Origin: an uncultured virus (IMG/VR IMGVR_UViG_3300000233_000006)
Lineage: Duplodnaviria > Heunggongvirae > Uroviricota > Caudoviricetes
Virus record (IMG/VR): IMGVR_UViG_3300000233_000006
Coordinates: 62,001-126,000 of that record
DNA length: 64,000 nt
Reading direction: 5' to 3' (one strand)
How positions within the stretch are numbered: position 1 is the first letter of the stretch; each line of letters begins with the position of its first letter. Made by a program: the position numbers and the translations under genes. The notes under the pieces were generated by a model that was given only the letters and a program-made list of their open reading frames with translations, searched no databases and had not been told where the DNA came from. This document shows positions 28,078 to 40,200 of the stretch, in pieces.

Positions 28078-28257
28078 TTAGATACCTACATGTTCGTTGA
28101 TTTGTGAACTTAAAAGAAGGCTCAGACCTTCCTTGGTAAGCGTCTCGCCATTAAGGCTGTTTGCGATATCGTTTCCTGACACATTCTTCAAAATAGAGAG
28201 TGCCAAATCCTGAACAACAAAAAGCGTTGCGATCGAAACAGTACTCTTCTCTGACAT
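28078..28257 (-). CDS. Small hypothetical protein, 59 aa (MSEKSTVSIATLF...HVGI), missed by the ORF track
   Basis: Read manually; GAGGTG RBS; stop 1 nt before the next ATG. Confidence 0.7.
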   Translation of the reverse strand: MSEKSTVSIATLFVVQDLALSILKNVSGNDIANSLNGETLTKEGLSLLLSSQINEHVGI

Positions 28258-28328
28258 ACATCACCTCACGTATTAAATAAATAGGATAGAGCTAAACCAT
28301 CATCTGATTTAGCTCCACTTTCATAAAC

Positions 28329-31300
28329 TCATCGTTTTTTGTAAATGTCAACCGCCTTTTTACCGATAAGTAAAAGAAGCGTATTAGTGGTCCCAAGAAT
28401 ATCGGCAGAATTGGTAATACGCGCAAGTTTTGAGCGCTCACCAAAAACAAGATCGACTTCTTCACCCTTTTCAGTGGTCATAGTTGATTCAAGTTGTTCA
28501 CCAATGACCGATTTAAGTTGATGTCCGACGACGATCTTATCGCCAACACCCGTTCCGTTAATTTGCGTAATGAAAATTCTAATCTCGGCTTGTCCAAAAA
28601 CCAAACGATTCCCTCCTACGCTATACGAGTCATCAACCTCACCTACAAAAGGTTTATTTAAAGTTGACTTAGCTTCAAGCGTAAACTGACGATCGCTTTG
28701 GTCGACGATCTTACGAAGACTTGGACTCATGTCTTCCTTATCACCGTTATAGAAAACTTCAATACGGTCGATCGAACCGTTGATTTTTGCACGCGGAGCT
28801 TTATTCGAAAGCTTCTTAAGAAGTTCGATCGAAGCTTCATTAAATAACCCACGTTCATTACTTATCTCATCTTCGATGAACATTAGAAAATCATTGGGCT
28901 TAACGCGCTGACCTGGTGTCACGATGTTCAGTACGCCGTCTTTAAAGTCAATAACGATAGAGCGCCGTTCTGTAACAGGTGCCGAAAGTCTGGATGCTAA
29001 TTTAGAACTGATTGCTGAAGAATCTTCGAGCGTCTGTTGTGATTCGTAAAAAACGGTTTTGGCAAGTAAAGACGATTTAAAAATAATCTTTCTAGGATCA
29101 AAGAAATCAGGCTCAAAAAAGCCTGAGTTATACGCCAGCGTATCCCCTCGCTTAAACGTATCTTTGATATTTAAAGCTGTTCTGATGTCGTGTGGATAGG
29201 CATGACCTTCGGCATATCCATAACGACGACCAAGGTAAATACCAAGTCGTTTACCGTCGCTATATTCGACGATCATACCACGCGCATCCAGCGAAATCAC
29301 CTGACCATCTTGTTCTGCCGTAGACGCAAACTTAGACGTTACACGTTTTGAAATAACCTCTTCAACACCCGTTCGCACAAGCGGTTGCGTATAACTTACT
29401 GTCGCGATGGTGTGCGATTGCTGAATCGATATAAATCCAACGCGTTTTACGTCATCTTGCTGAGCACCTGCTGAAAGCATCATCGATGTCGAAGCAAGTT
29501 GTGCAGGACGTATATCGGTCAGTTCAGCCTTCTTAATAGTCCCTCGAAGTGAGTTAAAATTAGGATCGGTTGTGAGGTAAGTCGTAACGCCAACGTCCGC
29601 GCTGTCTGAGCTCGATTCTGAGATGACACCGACGTCATGCGGATGAAATATCCGTGTATCAGGACTCATCGCTTCTTTACTACGACCACCTTCACCTGAA
29701 TACGTCACACGTTCTTTTTGTTTTAAATCATCTAAAGGATTGATTTCTTGTTTAAGCATAATGGACGGATCCGTCGTTACAGCTTGCCATACTGAAAACG
29801 GACTCATCGTAACGGATGACTTACCACGAATACCCGACATTCGGTATTCACGTAAAGCCTGAACTAAAACCTTGTACGTGATGCCAGAGAACCGTTCGTA
29901 ACCTTTAATGCGCATGTAACGCATATCCGTGAGATCGGGATGCATGTCATCAGTGAGAAGTTCGGCAGAACGCACAAGTAACCCTTTGTACGTTGTTGGT
30001 TCCTTGATCTCGGTGAGAAGAACCTCGGTAATCGGATCAACAAAAAGCTGATCAAGAAGTTCGATTTCTTTTAGGTAAATCGAATTAAGTTTTAAACTTT
30101 CAGTAATGACGAAGTAAGCATCCTTACGGTTAAAGTCAGAATACGAAAGGCCGCTTATAATTTTCTTGTACGGTAAGAAACCCGCTAAAATAAGTGAGGC
30201 CTGTTCATGCTCACGTGAGACTACCATGACGACATCCGCAAAACTAATAGCGAATTCATCTGGCTGCAAATCAAAACGTGAACGTCGTTTGTAAAACTTA
30301 GGTTTGTATTTAAGGATCTTTAAAACATGGTCGATTCCGTTGATGTATCCAAGTGGAAGAATCAAGGGGATGTCTTTACTAAACACAGATACCGTCACAT
30401 AATCGACAGGAAGCCTTTGTTTATCGAGACCAGTTACATTGAAAAAGTCGTCAACGATTACAAACGTTGATTTTCCTTGTTCGATAAGGATGTTTGAGCG
30501 TTCGTCTAAATAGATCTTCACTTTACGGACTTTATCGTGTCCCACAAACGTTAGGTCGTTACCTGCCTTTATTTGAGGCTGTGTAAAGTCAAAGATATAG
30601 TCTTTAGTCTCAAATCCAGACATCGCCATGGCCATGCCACTATAAAGCCTCGGAACTTTAACATTATTATCAAAGACACATCCCGGGACGATATTTTCAA
30701 TCGTCTTATCTTCATTGTCGAGGCCTTTTGCAAGAACCTGACGCGATAGCCAGCCGATCGCATCACTCACGCGCTTTTCGCTACGACGAACAAACAGTTT
30801 TCCGTAGTATGTCGTCAATGCAACGGTAGACTCGTCGACTTTTCGAATGGGTACGTCAGCACGCTGTTTACCCATTTGATAGGTATTACCCGAGATCATA
30901 AAAGATCCGTCGGATTGTACTTTAGGTAATCTAAAACGGATCATTGACGGTGCACCGTCAATAGGCTTGACTCGTAACGTATGGACGTCAAACTCGCCGA
31001 GTATCGAAGCTTCTTCCTCGACCTCATAATCTTGAATGATCACACCTGCGCGCTGTAATGCTAAAGGCATGGAGATAATATCGTCTCGCATGACGTTTTC
31101 AATGTAGTCCTTATCAAAAACATTTAGAGATGTTCTTGATTGACTTTCATCAAGCAAACCACTTGTTACAGGATACGTTGCTTTTTCTTCACTTAAAACA
31201 AGTCGTGTTGGTTCAACACGGTTGAGTGTATGAAGGGGTCGTTTTGAGCCGTAGGGGTCGTCAAGTTTTTTATAGTCCGCGAGGGACTTTAAAAGGTACT

Positions 31301-32567
31301 TATATTCAGAACCCGTCATTAAACCACCGTCAAGCGCTACTTCAAGACTTTTTACAAACTCATCTTCAGGTAAGTTAGACTGTTTAAAAAAGAGATCGTG
31401 TTCTTCTTGACTTAACTGAATATCTGTTCCAACGTCTTCTTCTGGAGACACGTCGTCAGACTCATCTCCTTTAACGTCATTCGTTTCGTCTTTAGGTGAA
31501 AAACTTTCAGTCCCCTCATCGTCATCACTAACCGCGGCGTTAGTTTTAGTCTTAGCTACGGAAGATAACGTACTCGTCATCATCTCGCGTTTCTTTGTAT
31601 AACCTTGATCAAGTTTATTGAGGATGTCAAGATCCTCACTAACCTCTTCAGACCGGACGTCGTCCTTAATTAGAACACCGTCATCATCAAAATTCTCATC
31701 GATAACATCTTCAGTCTCAAAAGACTGGATTGACATTAAGTAACGTAAGAAATATTTCTGAAGCGTTTCTGAATTTAGATGACTTAGTTTAAGCCCGTTA
31801 TCTTGTTCTTCATTAAAAATCGTATCGAGGACATTTAAATTAACAACTGACCACGAGTCCTTAAATTTAAAAACGACGTTCACACGACGTAAGTCTTCTT
31901 TTCTGATTTTTGACATCAGTGACAAATTACGCGTATCTAAATTTAACCACTTCCAAAACTCAAGAATGTATTTGCGTCCATCGGTATCAAAGATACGCAT
32001 CTGACTAAAATTAACTTTGTCAACATAATTCCTAAGATTTGGAATACCGACAAGCGTTTCAGGAACATCGATAAAAACAAAATGGTTCTTTTCAATGTCT
32101 TTTGTTTCGAACTGAATTGAATCCCATACTGTTTCATGGACGTTTCGCCATGCGTGATAAGCGTTAATAGGTGTGTCACTATAAATGTAACCTCCCCACA
32201 AAAGACCGTAAGAAATCACGTCAAGCGTATTAGGATTTGTGTTGACACGTACCGGCGTTTTAACCCACTTAAAGTTTTTGTTCTTTGAATGAAAATGACG
32301 AATTAAACCGATCGGCTGTCGAGACGAGCGCCTAGGATGTCCTTCGGTAAATTTCAAGTAATAAATGTGGTCAATATTGTACCTGAGATCATCTTTAATA
32401 AAAGGCAACATTTCTTCAGGAAAAGGTTTCTCAGCACTACCAACATAATGCAATACTGAATTTTTAGGGAAGTCGAATACGTCTTCTGTAAAAACTCTAG
32501 GACGTAATAATTGCTGCGTCTTATAAATACCGTAGCGTTTATAAAACATATCGTAAAGCATTTTCAT
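28329..32567 (-). CDS. Virion RNA polymerase beta subunit, N-terminal/main part (phiKZ gp178-like)
   Basis: 1412 aa; GEGGR, G.ISESSSDS..VG, QQSH, EDSSAIS, GDKIVVGHQLKSVIG beta motifs. Confidence 0.92.
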   Translation of the reverse strand: MKMLYDMFYKRYGIYKTQQLLRPRVFTEDVFDFPKNSVLHYVGSAEKPFPEEMLPFIKDDLRYNIDHIYYLKFTEGHPRRSSRQPIGLIRHFHSKNKNFKWVKTPVRVNTNPNTLDVISYGLLWGGYIYSDTPINAYHAWRNVHETVWDSIQFETKDIEKNHFVFIDVPETLVGIPNLRNYVDKVNFSQMRIFDTDGRKYILEFWKWLNLDTRNLSLMSKIRKEDLRRVNVVFKFKDSWSVVNLNVLDTIFNEEQDNGLKLSHLNSETLQKYFLRYLMSIQSFETEDVIDENFDDDGVLIKDDVRSEEVSEDLDILNKLDQGYTKKREMMTSTLSSVAKTKTNAAVSDDDEGTESFSPKDETNDVKGDESDDVSPEEDVGTDIQLSQEEHDLFFKQSNLPEDEFVKSLEVALDGGLMTGSEYKYLLKSLADYKKLDDPYGSKRPLHTLNRVEPTRLVLSEEKATYPVTSGLLDESQSRTSLNVFDKDYIENVMRDDIISMPLALQRAGVIIQDYEVEEEASILGEFDVHTLRVKPIDGAPSMIRFRLPKVQSDGSFMISGNTYQMGKQRADVPIRKVDESTVALTTYYGKLFVRRSEKRVSDAIGWLSRQVLAKGLDNEDKTIENIVPGCVFDNNVKVPRLYSGMAMAMSGFETKDYIFDFTQPQIKAGNDLTFVGHDKVRKVKIYLDERSNILIEQGKSTFVIVDDFFNVTGLDKQRLPVDYVTVSVFSKDIPLILPLGYINGIDHVLKILKYKPKFYKRRSRFDLQPDEFAISFADVVMVVSREHEQASLILAGFLPYKKIISGLSYSDFNRKDAYFVITESLKLNSIYLKEIELLDQLFVDPITEVLLTEIKEPTTYKGLLVRSAELLTDDMHPDLTDMRYMRIKGYERFSGITYKVLVQALREYRMSGIRGKSSVTMSPFSVWQAVTTDPSIMLKQEINPLDDLKQKERVTYSGEGGRSKEAMSPDTRIFHPHDVGVISESSSDSADVGVTTYLTTDPNFNSLRGTIKKAELTDIRPAQLASTSMMLSAGAQQDDVKRVGFISIQQSHTIATVSYTQPLVRTGVEEVISKRVTSKFASTAEQDGQVISLDARGMIVEYSDGKRLGIYLGRRYGYAEGHAYPHDIRTALNIKDTFKRGDTLAYNSGFFEPDFFDPRKIIFKSSLLAKTVFYESQQTLEDSSAISSKLASRLSAPVTERRSIVIDFKDGVLNIVTPGQRVKPNDFLMFIEDEISNERGLFNEASIELLKKLSNKAPRAKINGSIDRIEVFYNGDKEDMSPSLRKIVDQSDRQFTLEAKSTLNKPFVGEVDDSYSVGGNRLVFGQAEIRIFITQINGTGVGDKIVVGHQLKSVIGEQLESTMTTEKGEEVDLVFGERSKLARITNSADILGTTNTLLLLIGKKAVDIYKKR

Positions 32568-32570
32568 ATA

Positions 32571-34184
32571 TCAGTCTCCAGTGATGTTCCTTAGAACATA
32601 AGAAATTGTATCAGTCTCCGCGCTCGCATTAAACGAACCTTCGAGATTAATATAGTATTTTCTTGATTTAAGTAATTGATCAACTTCGGCGATGGCCTCG
32701 TCACTATAAACAAAATCTAAGGAACAGCGATCGCCGTCAAAGTCGGCTCCAAGACCAGCTAAACGACTTGGATGAGGTCCGATCGTATTAAAGAACCCGA
32801 TGTCCCGAACCGGAAAATGTTGAGCAATGACTTCGGTTGGATTCCAGTCATCATCGAGCATGGTTAGTCGCAACTCTCTGACCGTTGTTCTTAAGAAAAG
32901 TTTAGTAGGAAAGATACTCCCGGTTCCAGCAACAGGGTATCGTGTCAAATACGCTGCATAACGATGAGCATATTTAAAAACCGAAAGATAAAAGAGTTCA
33001 GCCGCCGTGATCGGCTTGCAATCGTCGATCGAACGTCCCTCAGGAAGTGCTTTAGGATCGTAAATGACTTTAAGCTCTTTATTGGGTCCAATATAAACCA
33101 TGGCAAGATAATAGTCTTCGTAATCAAGAATCTCGTGCCGTAGCTCTTCTTCAGAAAAACGATTAATGCGACGTTCCAATCCTTCGATGCTCATCCATTC
33201 ATCATAAAACTCATGATGCACGTAAACTTCTTCAGGCATTAATGTCTTCTTATTAATGAGTTTAGCTAAACCCTGTTCATTAATAAAAATGTTTGAGAGG
33301 ATCTCATTTCGAATTTGGAAAACTGCAACCGGTAAAATACCTTTAATATACTGAAACAAACCCACCATGGTTTGGTTTAGACTGAAGTTACTCTCTTTAT
33401 GAAGTTCAGTCGGCCTATAGATCGATGAAGAAATAACGTTCATCGTTCCGTTAAATAGCGAGCGCGCAGCCCACTTACCAAGGATAAACTTCTTCTTACC
33501 CTCAAGCATCCCCATGATGTAATCATAAACGCTATTCGCCGCAGTCTGAATACTGATCGCCGCACCATTAATAAGTTCAGGCGCGCTTTTAATCACGACG
33601 TCATCAACAGTGAACGAAGACGATAACATTTTTCTATAGAAGGTATTGATTTCATCTTCCGAAGGTTGCCCGTTATCGTCGACCTCATAATCTCGAAATC
33701 CAGCAGGGATAACAAGCCAGTCCGTGAGTAAAGCTTCGTTTCGATACTTCTCAAGAAGTTCAATATTGACCGAACGTCGAATACTTTCGTTTTCTTTAAA
33801 GATAAGGTCTGTAAAATGTTCCATGAAGAAATGAAATCCGGTACGTCCTTCGGTAGGACTGGAACGTACAAAATCTTTTTCCTTTTTATCAAAGACTGCA
33901 TAGGCCTTGCCTAGCATAATGTCTTCATAAAGACCTTTGAGCTTTGAGAGCGTTTTAAAAATGATAGGGTGGAAAAAAGGTATCTTGGCGTTGATATAAG
34001 CAAACTTAATATATCTCGAAGGTTCGCCCATTTTCCCGAAATATTCTGTACTAAACAAACCTTCTGGATGAAGGTTCTTACTTGAACCATTAACAATGTC
34101 AAGAACTTTGATTTGGTTCATGTCTTTTAGTTGGTCAGCATTGAGTTTTAACAACTCAATGTTAAATGGCTTCTGCTCAATCAT
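32571..34184 (-). CDS. Virion RNA polymerase beta-prime subunit, catalytic part (phiKZ gp180-like)
   Basis: 537 aa; GLFSTEYFG, RYP and catalytic ADFDGD. Confidence 0.93.
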   Translation of the reverse strand: MIEQKPFNIELLKLNADQLKDMNQIKVLDIVNGSSKNLHPEGLFSTEYFGKMGEPSRYIKFAYINAKIPFFHPIIFKTLSKLKGLYEDIMLGKAYAVFDKKEKDFVRSSPTEGRTGFHFFMEHFTDLIFKENESIRRSVNIELLEKYRNEALLTDWLVIPAGFRDYEVDDNGQPSEDEINTFYRKMLSSSFTVDDVVIKSAPELINGAAISIQTAANSVYDYIMGMLEGKKKFILGKWAARSLFNGTMNVISSSIYRPTELHKESNFSLNQTMVGLFQYIKGILPVAVFQIRNEILSNIFINEQGLAKLINKKTLMPEEVYVHHEFYDEWMSIEGLERRINRFSEEELRHEILDYEDYYLAMVYIGPNKELKVIYDPKALPEGRSIDDCKPITAAELFYLSVFKYAHRYAAYLTRYPVAGTGSIFPTKLFLRTTVRELRLTMLDDDWNPTEVIAQHFPVRDIGFFNTIGPHPSRLAGLGADFDGDRCSLDFVYSDEAIAEVDQLLKSRKYYINLEGSFNASAETDTISYVLRNITGD

Positions 34185-34234
34185 AACTTTACCCCGGCTA
34201 TTTTATGAAATACATTGTTTTGTAGGTGATACGA

Positions 34235-37200
34235 ATGTTTGGTTCAAAAAAACAAAAGACGATCGACCCGTCGAAGATTAATGACGGACTTGACTTTGAT
34301 CTAGGCGACCTTGACGCAAGCGATGAAGAACTTAATCGGTTATTAGGTAACGGTCGTCAGAATGGACGTAAGCCGACGGTTGCAACAGAATTTATCGGCG
34401 GCGCAAGTCGTGACTTTATTAGTGAAACCGTTAACTTTGGTAACATTAATGACCAGATCATCAAAAAGATTTTGCCTAGCGATTATGGAACAATTCTAGA
34501 TCGTTCTGACGCATATACGACACCACTCACAGAGATGTACACTGAGTCGGTTAAGACGATACGTCCTGCGGCTTATCGCCTTGCCACAACCGTTAACCGA
34601 CTTGTTCCGAATGAACTCAAGACCTTAAAGAAGATTACGTCTTCAGTAACAACTAAACTTTCTGACGATTCGACATATTCGTCATCTGATTCCCCAGAGT
34701 CGATTCGAGAAAATTCGATCAAGGCATCGCTTGCCGAAGTTTTTGATGTTCAGCGTCAAGTCGACCAACGTGAAAGAGCGCACGACCGTGCTGAAGGTCG
34801 GATCAAAGATGAGATCAACTTTAAAAACGAGCGTTTTAATCAATCTGTATTCAGTGCGATCGAGAATAATACGTCTCGCGTTGCTCAGTACACGACAAGC
34901 GTTAATTCAGCGTTCCAGAGAAAGTCACTTGAGATTCAGTACCGTAGTTTCTTTATTCAGTCAGAAATGCTTGAGCATAATAAAAAGTACTACGAACTTT
35001 TTAAATCTCAAAATGAAAGTATTGTACGAAATACCGGGTTGCCCGATTACCTTAAAATTACAACACCTGAGATGGTCGCTGAGGCGGCGGTACGTCGCGC
35101 GGTAGGCAACGTATCCGAATCGCTTTACGGTGAAGGCTCGGTGGTCTCACGCTCAATTAAACGACTAAATAGAAAGGTTAAAAACTTTTCGATGGACGTT
35201 CGTGACTCACTTGAGTCAGGAACAACCGGCATACAGATGATGGAGGATCTAAGAGAGGACGACGAGAGCATCTCTAGGACAGCCGGTCGTGCCGTAGGTA
35301 AGGGTTTAGCCTACTCTCTTTTTGGTAAAATCGGAGACAAACTCAAAGAATTCGACCTACTCGACAAACTTGACCAGCACACAAACGGTGCAGGAAAAAA
35401 AATACGTAATAAAATGTCTACTTTAGCCGACATGCTCAAAAACCCAACGGGTTATGCAGCCAAGGCCTTAGGTAGGGGTGGTTCACTCGAAGAGGATTAT
35501 TCCGACGGTACTGCTCGTGGTATCGGTAAGTCCTTTGGACGCTTTTTCGCAGATTCGTTCAAAGAAAGCGCAAATACAAAAGTCACTGAAGGCCAGTCAA
35601 TTACCGATTTAAATCGACCTGTTCCTTTTGACGTTGCGACACGCAAAAGTATCGTCACAGTTATTCCAAAATACCTTTCACATATTTTAAGAGAAGTAAC
35701 CGCACTTCGTTTAGGTAAAGAACCCGAACTTTTAAAGTTCGATCATAAGTCAAATGATTTAATGCGTTCGAGCCAGATTACAAAAAACTTAACTCGAGAT
35801 TTAGACGTTAATATTAGGACGTCAAGTTTAAGAAGTTCGTATAATGCCTTCTTTAAATACATGGAGCAAAAAGACAATAAAGGAAAGTTTGTTGTCAAAC
35901 AAGAGAATCACTTCACACAACAAGAAAAGAAGTCGATTATAGAGACGTCGTTCATACTTCGTTTACGAGGTCATTTTACAGGGATCGAAAGTTTAGTCCA
36001 GCCAGGTCCTGGGCGTAAGCTGTTCCTTGAACGTTTAACCGCCAACGGCATTAATAATAAAAAGGGATTCACTGACGTCACAAAGAAGATTAACTCTATC
36101 TTTGGTGTTAATCGACAGGGTCGGCGAATCGCAGATAAAAAACAACTTCAACAACGTAAAAACTTTAATGAAGTTGTTAATTCATTACCCGAAACTTTAT
36201 CTAAGAGTTCAAGCGTTGCAGGAACATTGTCTGATCTTGGTCAGGACGATAATCTAATCGATAGCGGATTCTTTAAGAAGAAAAAAGACGGTTCGTTTTA
36301 TCTTGACGAAGATAAACTCGCACGTCAAGTTGGCGATCTTGAAGGCGACGTTCAGCGTAAAAACGATTACGATGCCGACACAGAGCGTCTTAAGAACAAT
36401 CCGTTAGGCATGAGAAATCGCGATAACATCGAACGTAACGACCGAGGGATCCATCCAGGCTACAACGGACTACATGGTTTAAAGTCCAAGTCAGATGGCA
36501 AGGCACGCGGTGTCTTTGAACAAATGCTCGATTCAATTAACGCCATGCGTAAAATCATGGAAACCTGTTGGTGCATGAAGTCTGTTCACGGGAAGCTTGA
36601 TGAGCAACTCTCCGATTTGAACAGCAATAAAATTCGAGACAACCTCGATCGAAATAAGGGACATCAAGAACTCGACAGCGTTCTTTTAAATCAAAAAAAT
36701 AACAGTCGTTCGGAAAGTGATGTCTTAAGACAGGACAAGATTAGACAAGATAAAGAACGTAAAGGTATGGGGCGTCAGCGTAAGCTCACTAAAGACCGTG
36801 ACGAACTCATTAAACTGTACGAAGAAACAAAAACTGTTTATGTAAACATAGACACTTTGTCTAAGAAAGTTGAAGGCGTTTTACTACGTTTCAATCAAGA
36901 AAATGTCAATCTTAAAATAAAGAAACCTTATCAGATTGCTTTATCAAAAGCTAAGTCGGCTCGTAGTTCTGACTTCTTAAAGAGTTTTGATGAGTTAAAG
37001 AAACGTATCGAAAACATCGACGTAAACGCACCTTTCTCAACTGAAATCGATAACTTACGTAAAGCGATTAAATTACGTCATAAAAATTTAACTTCGATAC
37101 ATAGTGAACTGGATGCGCTTGTTAAACGATCCGAAAAAGTTAGGCGGTCAGGACGTCGTACGACAACGTCTCGAGACAATGTTGAGGACACTCCAACGTC

Positions 37201-40200
37201 AATCGTTGACCAGACTGTACCCCCAAGTCCACCGCCACCAATAACCCCGACAACACCTACTCCGTCAATAACCCCGACAACACCTACTCCAGGTTCTGGA
37301 TTTGCTGAGGGCAGTAATTCTGTCACTCCACTTATAAATGGGTTTAACCACGTCAAAAACAAGGTATCGAACCTCTTTACGCGCCCCACACAAAATAACA
37401 TGGTTCAGCAAGACTTAGCTTCAGCACCTAATACTGCCGGTAAAACGCTGTCTGGTACAGCCAATAAAATATTGGCTGGTGTAGCGACTTATGGAGGTTT
37501 GTCTTTATTTGGGGCTGGAGCAGCTAACGCAGGTTCTTTAGGGACTTTAGCTTTTGAGCCAACAACTGGACTTCCATTACTCATAGCCCTAGGCCTGGCA
37601 GGCGCAGGCTATAAAATTTACAAGAATAAGAAAAAACAACGAGACATCGAAAAGGCAGCACTTCAAACACAACCAGGAGTTTCGGACGTACCGGCAAATG
37701 CCGAAGGTACGTTACAGAATATGTCTGGAAATACCGTGACAGGAAGTGTTGTTAACGCCGCAGGAACTGTTATTGACGGCGCATCAAAATTGTCGCAGAA
37801 TGTTGCGAGAGGTATCAAGGATAAATTTAAAACCGTCGTTGGTGCATCTAAAGGTGCTTTAAATGAGGCTAGTAAACGACGCGATGATATCAAGTCTAAA
37901 ATTAGTGAGTTCTCGGATAACAACACACTTCACGGTATCGATTTTGCTGCCGATCGTTTAATAAGTCAGGTTGCAGGAAGCATCAGTGAAAAAGCGCGTT
38001 CACGCGTTAAAGCGGCCCTGGTCAAAACGTATAAAAGCGCACAATCTAAAGGCGGCGATAAACTTGCGTTAGCCGCAATCAGTGCCGTTATATTGAGAAC
38101 GTCTTTTACCACCGCAGGACTTCGTGAAGTTACTGAATGGACGGAGGACGGTCGTCCTATTAAGTCACGCGTTAAAGATACTGTCAAGAATATTGCAGGT
38201 AATGTCAGGACGCGTTATCGGAATAGCGAGACTGTCGAACAGGCGCGTGAAGGTATTAAAAACGTTATTGAAAATAACGATAGAAGTATTATCCAGCGCG
38301 GCTTTCGTTTATTTAACCGAGGTCGCGAAAGCGACTTTATAAAAACACTGACTAATAAAAATGTCAACGTAAGTGAAAAAGCTTCAAGTATTCTTCAGCT
38401 TGTTAAGAATATTGAAATGACGGAACTGTTAAAGAAACTTATCCCTAAAAAGAAAAAGTTTAATGACAGAAATAACGACGGTCATCGAGATAATGCGTGG
38501 GACGCTAGTACGGGTACGGCCGCATCTGTCGGTCTAAAAGGTGTTGCTGCACGAGCAGCTACCGCCATACTTTCTCGCCCACTCATTGCTGCGGCAGCAG
38601 GACTTGCCGTAGCAGGCGTTGTTTCATGGTTATCTAATTTAAAATCTGGTGAATTTAAAGATGTAGTAGGTGAAACTTGGCATGGCGCTAAGAAACTTGC
38701 TAAAGGCGCCGTAAAAGGCGCCGGAAATTTAGCCGTAACAACAGGTGAAGTTTTTGAACAATGGGGTTTAACCCTAGGTCGAGGCATAAGAGATGTTGGC
38801 GGATGGGCGCTTGATAAGTCCTTAGATTCGCTACCTCTAATCGGCCATGTTTACAAGTACCAGAAAAATAAAGCAATGGAAGCTTTTAATGAAGGACGTT
38901 TTCTTCAATACGGTATTCGGATCAATGACCTCTCTAGCGTTCAACGTATCCTCGAACTTGAAGCCTACATTATCGACGAACGTGTCGTCGACACAACTAA
39001 CGGTAAAGTTCAAAAAGATCGAATTGATCAGGAAAAGTTGTTTAAGATATTTGATATCGATAAAGACGACGTCAAAGGTCAAAGACGTTTTATACGCTGG
39101 TTTACCGGACGTTTCATAAAGGTCTTTAGATACCATGCGGTTGCACTCAGAACCATCAAAAAGGAATTTAGTGACTTTACATTACTTAAGTCCTTAAACA
39201 AAAAAGAAAAACTTGAATACTTTAATCGAGTCAAGTCGATAAGTGGTATCCTTAATGTTTTTGAACTTCCATTTAACACCGATGAAAAAAATGATGTTAC
39301 TGAAGAAGAGATCGATGCATGGTACCGTCAGGCGATTGACAAAGTTAAAAGTCAAAAAGACGATCCTGAAAAAAAGAAAAAAGACGGTACGTCAACAAAT
39401 AAACCTGAAGATAAAGTAGGTAAAGAAAAAGACGACTATATCAAAGGTCAAAATCGTAAAAAGGTACTTGATGATCTTGAAGCTAAACGCGCGTCGGTCG
39501 AAGCGACGCGAAGAATAAAGGCGGAAGATCAGAAGGTATCTAAAGAGAACGCGTCACGTCGCCAGGCCGAATTTAACAAGGCGGCTTCTGATATTTCTTC
39601 AGGGAATGTTCCGTCACCTCAAGCACCGTCTAGCGTTGCTTCAATGACAGGTAACACACTCCTTGCCTTACCTAACACCACCGTTCCAGCCTTAGACAAA
39701 AATCCGAACGGTTATGAAAAAGCCCTTGAAGAGTTTGCGATTAAGAACGGTATTCAAAAAGGACCTGAGCTTGCGGCTTTTATGGCCAACGCTTCTGTTG
39801 AAACAGGTCAATTTAAACATCTTACTGAAAAAGGTAAGAACGCAGGTTCACAATACGAAGGTCGCAAGGTCTTAGGTAACACTGAACCTGGCGATGGAGA
39901 GAAGTTTAAAGGTCGCGGGTTCATGCAACTTACCGGACGTTATAATTACGGCGTTATCGGGAATGCGCTCGGTGTAGATTTAGTCAATAATCCAGACCTT
40001 GTATCAGAACCTGAAATGGCTATGAAAACTGCCGTCGCCTATTGGAAACTACATAATGGCGGAAAGATTCCTGAAGCAGCGCGTTCGGGAGACTTCAAGA
40101 AGTCTGTCTATTATGTCAATGGCGGTTACAACGCGTTTAATGAACGCCAGGGCCAGTACGACAAATATCTTCAGATGTATAATTCTGGAAATACTGTCGC

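Noticed and set aside
10845..34184. Introns or inteins in terminase or vRNAP genes
   Set aside because: The ORFs are continuous and of expected size, with no intein or homing-endonuclease motifs seen.
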